This document shows, one piece after another, positions 37,273 through 50,300 of a stretch of 64,000 nucleotides of DNA. The notes beneath the pieces were generated by a model. It saw only the letters and a list, made by a program, of their open reading frames with translations, ran no database searches and was not told the origin of the DNA. This stretch comes from Yuukianura sp. NJ FZ-2021 (Eukaryota). The stretch spans positions 5,952,001 through 6,016,000 of the forward strand of contig CM102288.1 of the NCBI GenBank assembly GCA_046563655.1, read 5' to 3'. How positions within the stretch are numbered: position 1 is the first letter of the stretch; each line of letters opens with the position of its first letter. Both the position numbers and the translations under genes were made by a program.

Positions 37273-38373
37273 GGTACGGTTTTTTTTAAAACTTAAAATC
37301 AAAACACGGTTTTAGTTAATTAAGTTTCTTAAGTTAATTAAGTTCTTTAAGTTAATTAGTTGTTCAACACACAGTGTGGTTAAAGCGTTTACTTTGTGGT
37401 TTTACAGTTCCGTGAATTTTAATTAAGTTCTCGAGAAAAGCATTACTTAGAGTAAACAAAATTAGAACAAACAGACACAAATTAGTTTAAACTTGTGATT
37501 GTATGAAATTGCATTTCCGAAAAGAGCTCGTCAAAATCCACTTTTCAAAATTTCATTTCCTGTTTCAATTTGAGTTTTGGAGGTAAGTGGAAAATGTAAA
37601 GTAGGTAATACATAATGCACTGATGATTGTAATGGGCAGTACACTCTGGAGATGCAAATGAGAGTAAAGTGAGAGAAAGAGAGAAAGGAGTGAAGAACTT
37701 TCTTTTCTCTTTTTTTCTTTTTAAAGCTGTTGGGATTCGTTCCTCCGGCTTCTGAAATCTCCGAGTGTCATTCGCCACACAGCACTTCACACAACAACAC
37801 GCACACAAGAGTTTGGTTCACACGAAGGCAAATATTGCCCAAACATTTTCGAAAAATTACAGTTTTCACAAAACTGTTCGACCATTTCCAAAACTTCGGT
37901 TTTCTTCATATATTTCAAAAACTTTCAGTTATTAAAAATTTTTCAGATTTTTGAGAAGATGGTTTTAGTTTTAGACAAATTCAGACCCAGAACGTTGACA
38001 ATGGTAAGCAGATTATATTTTTTTTAATATTTTAAATTGCATTGAAACGGTGCCTTGAATTCACTTTTTTTTTTCAATTTTGGTTTAAAAAAAAACGTTT
38101 TTTTTTACTCCATGTCCTGTTGTGAGCTTTTTTAGTAGTTCAAAATAATTGGCAAAAACTAAAATGTTGTTGAGAACTAAAGTTTAGCAAAAAAATTCCC
38201 ACGATAGAAAACTTAGATTGCTCTTATTTTTAAAATTTTGATAAAAATGTTTTTTTCACAGAGTTGACGGACTTCATTTCAACCAAAAAGTGTAAGTGCG
38301 ACGTAGAAAATTTTTTACTAAACTACTGAGTTTTAAGGGGTAGAGTGAGACAAAATTTAAAAATCGGTATCCA

Positions 38374-41300
38374 ATGGCCGATATGGGTATTCTTCTACCG
38401 TCTCCAACTACGACGTATCCGCCATTTCTGTGGATTAGTGACCCCTCTACTTCAGTTGAGAATATGACTGATGGCCAGTTGACCTCACCCATGACCCCGA
38501 GTGAAAACGATACCGCAACTGGATTTTCAGTACCTCCGACCAATGGGTATCTCCTGCCGTACCGCCTGGAGCTGGACGTATCTCTGCAGATCGGACTGTA
38601 CTCGGCAATATTTCTACTGGCAGTACTTGGGAATGTGCTGGTCATTCTAACTCTTATACAGAATCAAGGCATGCGCACAATCACGAACTTGTTTCTGCTC
38701 AATCTCGCCATTGCTGACCTCCTCGTGGGGGTACTCTGTATGCCCTTCTCTCTCACTGGAACTGTCCTCAAGGATTTCATCTTTGGCCCAGTACTTTGCA
38801 AGCTTATTCCATACTTACAAGGTACGTAAAAACGGTATCCCAAATTGGGTACCACAATTCGAACTACAGAAACTCGCCTGCAGAATTCCACCGACAGAAA
38901 ATCTCTTACAGAAAATCTCTGGTACCGCTGATTTAACCTGCAGACGATTTTCTGTAAGTTGAGCTGAGTAATACATTTTGTTCTAAAAATCGCATGGAGA
39001 AAATCGTTTACAGAAAATCGTTGGCAGAAACTTGTATACAAAAAATTTTAAGCAGAAACTCGTTTACAGAAAATCGTCTGCAGAAAATCGCCTCACAAAA
39101 AACCGCCAGGATAATTCTGTATACGATTTTTTATGGTACTTTTCTAAATTATTGTGAAAAGTAAATAATAGGAGTGGTGTACCATATTACCTACTAAAGA
39201 AAATTGCTTATAGAAAATCGTTTATAGAAAATCGCGTACAGAAAATCGCCTAACCTGTACTTTTCTGGTTAATGTCCTGACAATTTTCGTATTTTGTATC
39301 TCAAATCAGCTATCGCACAAGGCGTACCGTTAAACTTAGAAAACAAGGTATTTGCGTGCTGGCATTTTTGAAAAAAAGACATTTTGAAAAATTCATGTTA
39401 TTTGTTACATTTTTGATTGAGTTTCACTTGCACGCTTTCTCCAATTTTCCAAACGCCTACTTTCCCATTGCTCCATTTTTCAAAACAATTTGCGGTAAAT
39501 TACATAATTCGACACAAGGAAAAATCCGAATCGGTTTTCCTTTCTCAATTTGAAAAAACTGTGTTTTTCTTCACTTTTTTATTATTTCCAAGCCGAAAGT
39601 CATGTTTTCCAAATGGTAAGTTGTAAAATTTTGATTTCTCCTTCACTTCCAAGTGTGACACTCAAATTTACTCTGCGTAACGTACAAAGCGTTTTCCAGG
39701 TCAAAGGTCAACTCAATCTCAATTTTTTTTGTCATAAAAACATAAAAAATGAAAATGGGAAAAAGTAGAAATTGGACCATTTTCTCTTTTTCTGGCTCTG
39801 TAGCTCCGAATTCAATTTTTGAAAATGAACTTTTGAGGTAGAGAGATATGTGCTTGACATGTTAGGTTTTCCTAACCTAATCTTAGCCTAACCTTAGCCT
39901 AACGTTAACCTAACGAGAGTTTTCCCTCGAGACAGACATACGTAGATTCAATTTGGGTTAGCTGGAAATAAAAGTTCATTTGGAAAATGATCAGGAGCAG
40001 AAGGTGGATCAGAGCAAACAAAGTCAAAGATTCAATTTAGATTTCATTACATTCGCAGAATTCAAAAATGAGTTAGCGATTTGAACTTCGTTCGAACACA
40101 AAAAAGTTCAAAAAACTTAAGTTTTTTGAACTTTGATTTGGAAATGGAAGTGCTGAAATCCTTGTTTGAAGTGAAAGTAAAAGAAAAGATGAAAGCACGG
40201 AGAAAGTTATTTGTGAGCTCTAATCCACTTAAGTTTTAAGTGACTTTGATCTCAGAGTCCAAAACCAACAAGAATCCACCAATCACAGCCCTCCAAACCA
40301 CTTTCTCCTTCTACGCCTCGTCCTTGACTCTTTGACTCACCACCATTTGACTCTTGACTCACAAACATTTGACTCCACCACTTAACCCCACCTTGACTCA
40401 AAAGAATCCATTGACTCAAAAACGCAGAGTCGTTCAATTGAATTGGGCCGCGTGGAGTCATGTGACCTTGTTTTTCCGAAATGAGTTTTTGACTTACTTA
40501 GAATGAAAGTGACTCTCGTTAAATAAATGACTCCTCGTGTGCGTCTTCTGAATTTTTGAAAAGTTTGTTCTCGACATTTCAAAAATTTTGAAATTGAATT
40601 GAAAAAAAGTTTTAGAAAGAAAATTTGCACACGCCAAATCTACAGAAATAGAGTCAGGTCACCTAGCAACGGAAATGAATTTTTGACTCACTTAAAATGA
40701 AAGTGACTCGTCTCAGGAATGAATGCATCACGATTCTTAAAATTTTAGGAAAAATTCAGTCTTTTTGTCATCAAAATTTGAAAAAATGGTAATAATAAGC
40801 AATTTGAACTTTGTGTTTTGAAATTTGAAAAAAATTTAAAAACTACACACGCGAAGCCTCCTTCGAATCATGACTTTTTAAGACTCTTCAGAATTTTTGA
40901 TTTTTTTTTGTTTTAATTTATTCTGCTCATAAAAATTCCAAGAGGATGAACTAAAGAATGATTTAGAAAAATTAAAATTTTGAAAAACTTACACGCGCCA
41001 AAAGTTCAAAACATTTGTTGTCTGATCTGAATTGTTAACACATTTACGTTTTGTTTTAACCATTTCTTTGTTAGCGTCGAATATTTATGTGTCAGCACGG
41101 ACTTTAGTTTTCTGTGGCGTAAAATTTTAGTAGGATTGGCTAAATCCCAGAATTGCATTCTGTTCATTCTCTCTTCTCACTTTTGAGTGTGACGTTCCGC
41201 CTTTTAGGCAAACACTTTAATGCGTCATATTTTGAGCGATTTGAAGCGATTAGTTGTAAGTTCCTAAAATCCGGCTTCTTCCCACGCTACTTTGAGTTGA

Positions 41301-44300
41301 ATTGTGTTCGTGTGGAGTTGGTTTGAGCTGTTTAAAGCCGCTCGTAAATTTAGAGAGTAAACAATAGATCATTTAGAACAAATGAGCAGATCATCTCACA
41401 ATCCTCTCCAAAGCCCAGCACAAGAGAAAAGGATCTGAGAAAACACATTTTAGCACATAAACCAACTTTCTCAATGGATTTCCGTTTCAAAACTTTCTAA
41501 ACGGGCTTCAGAAACTGAAAAGCTAGCAAGATGGTACGCTATCACGGTACCCAAAGTGGAGGTACCACTGCACGTCTAACAAGAAATGCTCTGTAGAATG
41601 CTTCTCATGCTAATTACAAGGGTTCAAAATGGAGGTACTCGGTTTAACCAAATGGAAGACAGGACGTATCTTGTTCAAGAGTGAAAGAAGAAATCGGGTA
41701 CCACTTTTCTCCTTAGAAAAAAGTAGGTATCTTGTTCAAGAGTGAAAGAAGAAATTGGGTACCACTTTTCTGCTATTCGAAGAAAAGAGGTACCGGTGTT
41801 ATGCAGAAAGAATAAATAAAGGTACTTCGGATTATTCTAGAGAAAAGTTTTAAAAAACGAAATGCAAGTAAAAGTGAGTGAAAAACTCAACTAAAAAGTA
41901 AGGTACCGCGGGATGTTCTGCAGAAAATCTTTGGTTCCAAATTCAAAATTCACCAACCATTTTTGTGGTACCAGGGTACCTCCACCAGAAACGTTCATTT
42001 GAGGCCTTTCTAATCTTCAAATCAGCATTTCAAAATTTTAAACCACATGAAATTTACTGTTGCGGGAAATTAAGTGCCTCATCGCTCACTCCCTTCAGAT
42101 TTTGGACAGAAAAATATATTTTTCCTCCTAGATTTTCTGTTGTGGTCTTTTTAAATCAAAATTTATTCGTATTACATCCATTTTTTTTTTGTAAAACCAA
42201 AATCAGAAAAACAGAGACTAGGAAAATTTTATGACTTCTCGCAATTCTATAAATTGACACATGAGATGGATGAGTTTGTTTTTTTAGTCAGTCGGCTCTT
42301 AATCATGCTCTCCTCCCTGCTTTTTCTTGGCAGACTTAAAAAATAGTTGCGACTTAAGACGAAATTTAGAAAAATGCAAGTTCAAGCCACTTTGGCAGGA
42401 GAACATGAGCATAAAAATAGGAAATGCGATACACTCCAAAAGTTATACACTGCTCCACCAGTCTCATTTGCAGCAAAAGTTGTTACCCAAAACTTTTTTT
42501 TGGAACTTTACTCCTCATCTTGTCACAAATTTATTTTCGTTTTGAAACGGATCCTCCGGACTTGCAAATTTTAGCAGACTCTCCAAAAATATTAGTTTCG
42601 CGTCTGTGCAGTAGAACATTTTATACAAGTCTCGTGAGAAGGAATTTATTCAATAGAGATTTGCAAATAGAGTGGAACTAAAAAGCACCAGATGCAAATT
42701 TGCTCCATGCAAATTTCCGCACTTTCCCGTCCAATCCTCGGAATTGGCAGAAACAAACGATTTCTCCACTTCCAATCTTCTGTCGATTTCTTCCTGTAAT
42801 TTGAACATTTTGGTCCAGAGGAAAACCTTAACCTAAAAATACAAAGAGCGAACGTACTTTTGAAAACAGGTTCTTTGATGTTCCTCACTCGAGCAACAAC
42901 ATATGCCAAACTGCCTAGCGATTTCAGCGCTTTTTTTCAAATTTTCAAACAGTTTTATAATAAAAAGCTTTCTTTTCTTGTGATATTTGAGCCAAGATTT
43001 TGTATTACATATTTTGTAAAGAAAAACAAGCTCATGAGGCGGAAAAAATATCAAAACATGTAAAAAAAACTGTCCGCTTCAGTAATATGCAGAGTTGCTT
43101 GATATTTCAACATTTCATCCACTGCTAGATATCCAGTGGAAGAAATGGACGAAATGGAAGAATCCAAAGTGGCGGAGCTTTGCCCGTGGGGTTTGAAGTA
43201 ACTAAATCCAAAAAGCTTAAATAATTAAAAATCCCGTACAAAAAGTGAAGGAAATATCGTTTTTGTATGAGTTTTCAATAATTAATTAATTTTAACAATG
43301 AAAGAAAGTCTTTTTGCTATTATTTTGTAATTTTAAATTTGAGTTTTATTGAATTTCGTGCTAAATTTTTAATTTCTTCCATCCACTAAAAGTTTCATCC
43401 ACTTTCATCTATTTCGGGCGCATTTCGTCCAGTGGATGTCCAGTGGAAGTGACAATTAAGGGACTTATTTAGACAATTAAGGCCAATTAATCACTGGGCA
43501 TTTAAACATCCATCAACACATAAGTTGCATATATGTAACTGGCATTTATGTAATCGTACATGTATATAATGCTTAGGTTTAAGAAACGAACGAAGTGTGT
43601 TTTGCCCGTTTTGGAAAACTTTCAGAGACAAAAAAAAGTTTTGACGACAAAGAATGGATTTCGGATGGACAAAAGAGAAAATTCTGCTGGTTGGGATTTG
43701 TAAAGCTTTTTTCCATCCGTTTCTCATCCAAACGGTTTTCCGTCTCGTTCAAATGCTGCGACTGTCACTTTTGTCCAAATCCTAAGCCGTGTTAGGTGTC
43801 AAATGTCGCCCGACTGTCAGCAGAGTGGATGCGACATTGGCGACATGTTCGTTGATAACAGAACTCGGAAATTAGGTTAGGTTCAAATGTCCCTCGGTTA
43901 TGTCACTTCTCTCTCCACCTCATCAGTTTCAAAGCTGGACATGGACAATGTAAATTCTAAATTTCGAAAACTCAAAATGCAGAAATTCAAAATATAAAGT
44001 GGGATTTGTTGAAAACCGACAGCAAGGTTTTTAGTTTCCATCAAAATCTTTCCGCCACTTCCGCTCTATTTGCATAAACAAAAATTGGCAAATGAGCTGC
44101 TTCCTAAGCGCCAAAAATTTGAAATTCGAAAAAAGAAAATTTGAAAGTAGAGCTTTTAACACTTTTGAAAAGTTGAGACCTTTGACCCCACTCAGCGTTT
44201 TCAATTTTGTTTTTCATCAAAAAATTCTTAGAATTAGTGATTTTTTTCAGCATTTGTCTAATCAGCAGAACTGCCGATTTATAAGAGAAAGTGAAATTAT

Positions 44301-47300
44301 GAAACAAAAAACCTGACTGCAGGAAACGAGCCAACTGTTGGCAGTTTTGTGGTTAAGGCGGTTCTTTTTGAAAAAATTTTTTTGAAAAGAGAGTTGGCGA
44401 AAATTTTGAATCGAGTTCCTTAACGAGGCTGAATTGAGCAAAGAAAAGGCGTGTGAATTGGAACTTAAGTACAGGGAGAGCAGAGCAATTAGGAGCCAGA
44501 GAGCGCGACTTTCTTTTATTTCTAGTTCGCGCCCTAAGCGCGGAATTTGCTGGAGAACCAGAGGCCCTTAACGAGCCCTTGGCTGAAATGAGGTAGGCGG
44601 GAAGTTTTGAAAAGTCCTTAATTTTGAGTGGGATCTTGTGGGGCTCTCATTGGTATGCAGCGGACGTTTTTCCCGCTCTTTTTGAGGACATGTTGCCAAA
44701 GTGGTTGGTTTTGGAAGGGAGGCATCAGTTTCCTGTCCCGCTCCGTTTGCATACGCTGTTCTAAAAAAACTAACCCTAACATAGGCCTAACTTCTGGAAT
44801 CCAAGTGACCCAGATGGGAAACTAACCAAGAAAATCCAGCTCCATTCCAAATTCCAAAATCTTTGGAGCAAACATTCCTCTCCGCACTTTTTCCGAACTT
44901 TCACTCTCTTTTCTTTCAGCTTCTGCAAACGAGTGACCTTTCCGCTAGGAAAAATTCACCTTGATTGCAACCTTTTCGAACATGAAAACAGCCCTTACGT
45001 CAATGCATAAATCAAAATTACATCAATATTACATCAACATTACATAAGTTACATGAAATGTTCTATTCTAATCCAAATACTCATCTTACGGCATTAACAT
45101 TTGAACGGTATGCTAAATTTTGTACGTAAATGTTAAAACAACACGGCGTAGAGTAAAAACAGCATCAAGTTATTTAAGCAATCCTTGAAAAAACAAAAGC
45201 TTAAGCACCGCGGGAAATTTGCAAATTTGAAATTTAGACAAAGTTGCATTGGTGAAATGCCCTTCAGAAAGTGTCTTTTCCTTTCTCCTCAAAACGCTGG
45301 GTTTGGTTTATGTAAATTTTCACTTTGTATGTAATCTAAATGACGATCCTCATTGCCCACTAATCGTAAGTCTGAATTGTTTCTAATGAGCCCGCTGGCA
45401 ACAGGTTCACTTGATACCCGGGAATTTATGAATTCCAGCCGCCTTTTGAGCTTGGCTTTCATGAAACTATTTTTGGCAGAGCTGACTGGGGCAAGTTGAG
45501 ACTTTAGCAAAAAAGGAGGCTGGAGTTGGTGTGATGCCATTCGGACCTGTATTGATTTCCCATTAAAATCAAAGTAATCGCATTTCCTCCGAGTCCCAAG
45601 GAACGACTTTCACTCCACACATCCATTCACTTTCACTTTCGTTAGGAGACTAGCCTAACCTGAACCTAGACTAGGTTGGTAACCTACATTAGGTTCCTAA
45701 CCTAACTTCCATTTGACACACACTTGGCCTGTACTGGAAGGCTACAAATGAAAAACAGTTACATACTTCAAAAACAAATTGAGTTTTCAAAAGAGAAAAA
45801 ATGAAACAATTTCATGTTTCCAAAACATAAGTTTCATATTCGTGTGCAGACTGAAAAAGGAAATTGCTGTCTAACGTGATGAAGTTTTTCTTTTCAAAAA
45901 CTTTTTCAATAGAAGTCGTGATTTCTGTAGAATGTAATTATTATAGACGTAATTTTCACGTCGTTACATTTTCATTAGAAAATAGCAATACATAAAGCTT
46001 GTGGTTTCATAGAATCGTATAGATATTTAGATTACATACAAAAGGTATAATACAAAAGTTGTAATTATGTAAGAAATACATAAGTTATACAATCACGCAG
46101 AAAACGAATCCATACCGTGATTACATAAAAGGAAAGGCATAGGTTACATTTACATGAAACGATAACTGTTTTTAGGTATTTCATTTTTATGTATTCACTA
46201 ATCAGAGTAACGTATTGACCAAGGTTCGTAAAAAAAAACTTTTTCTACACCAGGTTGTATAATAAATAACTGCAAGTTATAAAATTTGATTGAAAAAAAT
46301 CTGCCTTTTTATGGTAATTTTTTGCGGGTAACGTAAATGTGAATGGTACAGAAACTTGTTTATAGTACGAATTCTGGAAACACTAAAATACTGGACAACC
46401 TGTTGTAGAAAATTTGTTGTATTTTAGTTGTCAAGGAACCTTAGTATTGACGTACAGCTGATTCATTTGTTCTGCATGCAAACAAAAGTTGACGTTTTCT
46501 GTACTTTCTTTTTGTTTTTGTTTTGTTTCCTTTTTGTTTCTTCAAGAAACATAAATTTTTGACATTCATAATCATGCCAAAACGCAAAATGAAACTAGAG
46601 ACGACGAAACAAAAAGACTTTCGTGCTCACCGGACATTGTTTTATGCGAAACCGAGGTTCCATTCTTCCATTGTACAGCATACATTAAACTATACTGACT
46701 CATAAATCTGCGAAGGAAGGAGGTCACACAGGTCAAAGTGAAGTTCCAGATAAAAGAAAGTGGAAACTTAAACTTTCTCTCAAGATAAAAACTGGAGATA
46801 AAACGACTAAAAAATCCTGCTGAGTTCAGTGTTTCTTTTTATGGGTACTTTACATATAAAAACGTTAAACTTAAGACAACCTGCACGCAAGAACCTGTCA
46901 AAACATTTTGAGAAACCATTTTTCATCACAACCTTGTTTTTTCAAAAAACAAAATTTGGAAAACTCTGAAAATGAAGTTCTTTAGAAAGTTCTTAGATCT
47001 TCCTGTGTGTAGTTTGAGTAATCGATTGAATTTCTCTTGGGAAAGTATCAAGATCAATGACTTTCAAAAAGAGCGGGAAAAGTGTGGTAAAAGTTGCATA
47101 TGCAAAAGGCACAAACATTAGTCACACTCTGACTTATACGACTTCAAGGCAAAGAGAAAGTTAGGCTAGCTTTAACCTAACGTTGTTAGGCTACTAACCT
47201 AACATAAAAATTATTCCGGAGCTTTGCATGAAACATGTATTTCCTTTTTTCACTCAAATCTCTTGTCTCAACTTACCCCAAAACCGAAATTTGTTTGAAA

Positions 47301-50300
47301 AAAAAATATTCCGGGAATTTGAATTCAAATCCACACACTCCTATTCTTTTGAGAATGAATGACAATTTTTTTAAAAACAAAGTTTTCAATAAATTTCTGA
47401 AAATGTTCCAAAAATTTTAACGAAGTTGGCTTTTCAAAAATTGGAAAAGACAGAGAAAAGTTGGAAGAAGAGAATTCCCCTTTGATCAATTTGAAATGAA
47501 ACTAATTTCTGGCGCCTTTTTTACTTTTTTGAACAAACTTTTTCGTTGGAAATGTACAAATTGTAGCGTGTTTCCTTAGGCTGGAAGTAGGTGAGGCGTA
47601 ACTTTGGAGAGAAGTGAAAGTTGTTTATTTTAGTGGGAAAGTGGGATTAGGTCTTTGTTTCCTTTGTACTAAACCCACTTAAGCCCACTCCCCACCCCAC
47701 CCACAACCAAATCCACCGAATCACGCCCCAAACCAAAGGAATTTCATAAGGAACTAACCGTGGGAAGCCACACAATCCTCCAATTTAATTGTTTCCCCGC
47801 CGCCATATAACTCATCTCACTACATCATTACATAAAATCCATTCAGAACTGACTTACATCAAGTAGAAATGCATAACCTCTTTTATGTAATCCGATTCCA
47901 TGTAATTTGGTCAAAAAAAATTTGGTCAAAAGTGAAAAGATCACACATGAAAAGTCAAAAGTAAAATGGTCAAAAAAAAGATCACAAATTGAAAAGGTCA
48001 AAAAAAGTAAAATCAAAATGTAAAAATGACGCCGAATTAAACATAAAATTTCCGTCAATTTGACATTTTGATTCCTTTGTGATGTTTTTATACTTTGACC
48101 ATTTCACTTTTGACGTTTTCATGTTTGATGTTTTCACTTTTGGCCAATTTTTTTTTGACCAAATTATGGATGTATTCAATACTTGTGTAATCGAAGTTAC
48201 GTGAATGTAACTTATCTAACGCAATGCCGTTGTTCTCTTTGTCTCAACTTTCACAAAACATTCGGTAACACTTTAAAAACAAAAGCACAATGGGCGTGAG
48301 GGCGTGGGAGAGCGTTTTCACTTTGAATTTCCCGCTAAAAACTTTGTTTTTCAAAGTGAAAACTTTTAAGTTTCGAAATTTTCGTTTAACACCAAAGTTT
48401 TAATTGACAAACCGCGTCCTTTTAAGTTTCAATTTGCATAATAGTTTTGTAATTTCATAAAGTGGCTTTGTGTTTTGCAACTAAAATGCTCGTGTGGTCA
48501 CCCTATAAATAATTTTCTGAAACTCAATTTCACGGAGGGAATTTTGAATTTTTTTTTGATTGAGGGAAAAAATGAAATCGTGCCCCATAAATGACCCGGA
48601 GTGGCGTGCGGGATTAGAGTCGTGCGTGTTGACGCATGAAATAAACCAAAATTGAGTAAACAGTGACTGATGACAGTTTTAAACTTTGGTACATTAAGTT
48701 CAAAAGTCTCTCATTTTTAAAATTTTGTCATGGTCCAGTTTTTGAAAAACTGTTTTTTCTTCTTCCGGATGAAATACACCAAATTTCATTTCTCAGTTTG
48801 ACCACGTACTTTTGCTCTCTCAATTTTCCCTACGGAGTTAGAGAGAAATGCAGCATTTTAGGTCGATACTTCAACATTCTCTCTTTACAAAAAAACATGA
48901 AAAAAACATAAAAAGAGAGAAAAAATTTGGTGAAAAAATCCATTTTGGCTTTTTGTCTTGTGAACCGACGGAGAATAGTTTGTGCGGGCAACAACTGGGC
49001 TGAAGAAGCTCATCTGTGGTGCCAAAGTGTCTATTGAATGAGTCCTTCCATGTCTGCGTGTCCAGACGTGGTGACAATGACCAAAATTGGCATTAAGTTC
49101 AAAATAGCCGCCAAATCCTGGTCTTTACGACTGATTGCATTCCTTTATGAAGTCATTTATGAACACACTACAACCTTCTTCTATGTCTGATACACTAGAT
49201 TACATTGCCCTGACCCACCTAAAACATAATGGAAATCACATTAAAACCTAACTAACTCCAATTTTCAAACCAACAATAACGGGTTTTCTTCGTACAGAGT
49301 TCATATCATTACATCAAATGTATTTCATAAGCACAATTTACTTAAACATGAAATGCATAAGCGATTTTTTTAAATTAAAGTAAATTTGCAAAACTGAAAT
49401 TGCGTTTACGTGCAGAATTCCCATCATAAGCGGTATACATCAGCCAGTGCAATTATCTAAGCACGAAAGGGGTAAAAAGGAATTACATAGGCAATGAGTA
49501 CAACCACATTACACATAAGCTGGGCTATTTATGTAAATGGTTGCGTATGCAAATTTTGCTTAAGTAAATGTGTTTCGTATTCAAACTCTGCTTATATAAA
49601 TAGTTGCGTATTCAACTTTTGTTCTAAAGGGGTTGTGTATGCAAGTTCTACTTTTGCTAGCAGTTTCGCATGAAAATTCTTTTTACGTAGTAAACGTTTT
49701 GTGTACACAAATCCCGTTTCTGTAAATGGCCGCATATACAAATTTTGTTGATGTAATTGTGCTGACGTGGCATCGACTCTAGGCGAACTATTATTTGGAA
49801 GAAAAAGTTTGTTGGAGGCCATGAGTGCGTTTCCTGAAGATCCCTGTGAAAGGATTTTCCACTCGCTTCTTTTCCGGTGCTAACGTTAAGAGACAGTTCT
49901 ACATTAATGAAATTTTCAAACTTTTGGAAAAGTAGTAACAAAGTTGAGTGTTGACTTTATGAATTTTTAAGAAGTTAGCTTTCCTCTTAAGAAGTTTGAA
50001 AAATAATTTTCTATATGGGTTTTATTGATACTTGGCATGTGAGAGCAGTATTAATTAAGAGGAATTTTGGGAATTAGGAGAAAGCACTTTCCAAATTAAT
50101 TTCACTTTCACTCTTGACTCTCCTCTCAACCAAAGGCTCCCTCCGGAGTTAACGGCTTCATGGCGGGAGTAACTATGCGATAGAGAAAGTCAGCTCAGTG
50201 GGATTAACTAGTTGGGTGAAAGTTGGCCGGCGGCGGGAGTAACTATTCGGCAGAAAAATATACTGGTGGCGGGAGTAACTATTCGGCAGAAAAAAATGCT

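Noticed and set aside
39860..39915. TTAGG/CCTAA tracts as interstitial telomere
   Set aside because: Only 2-4 degenerate units at scattered sites; more likely TE-internal motifs.
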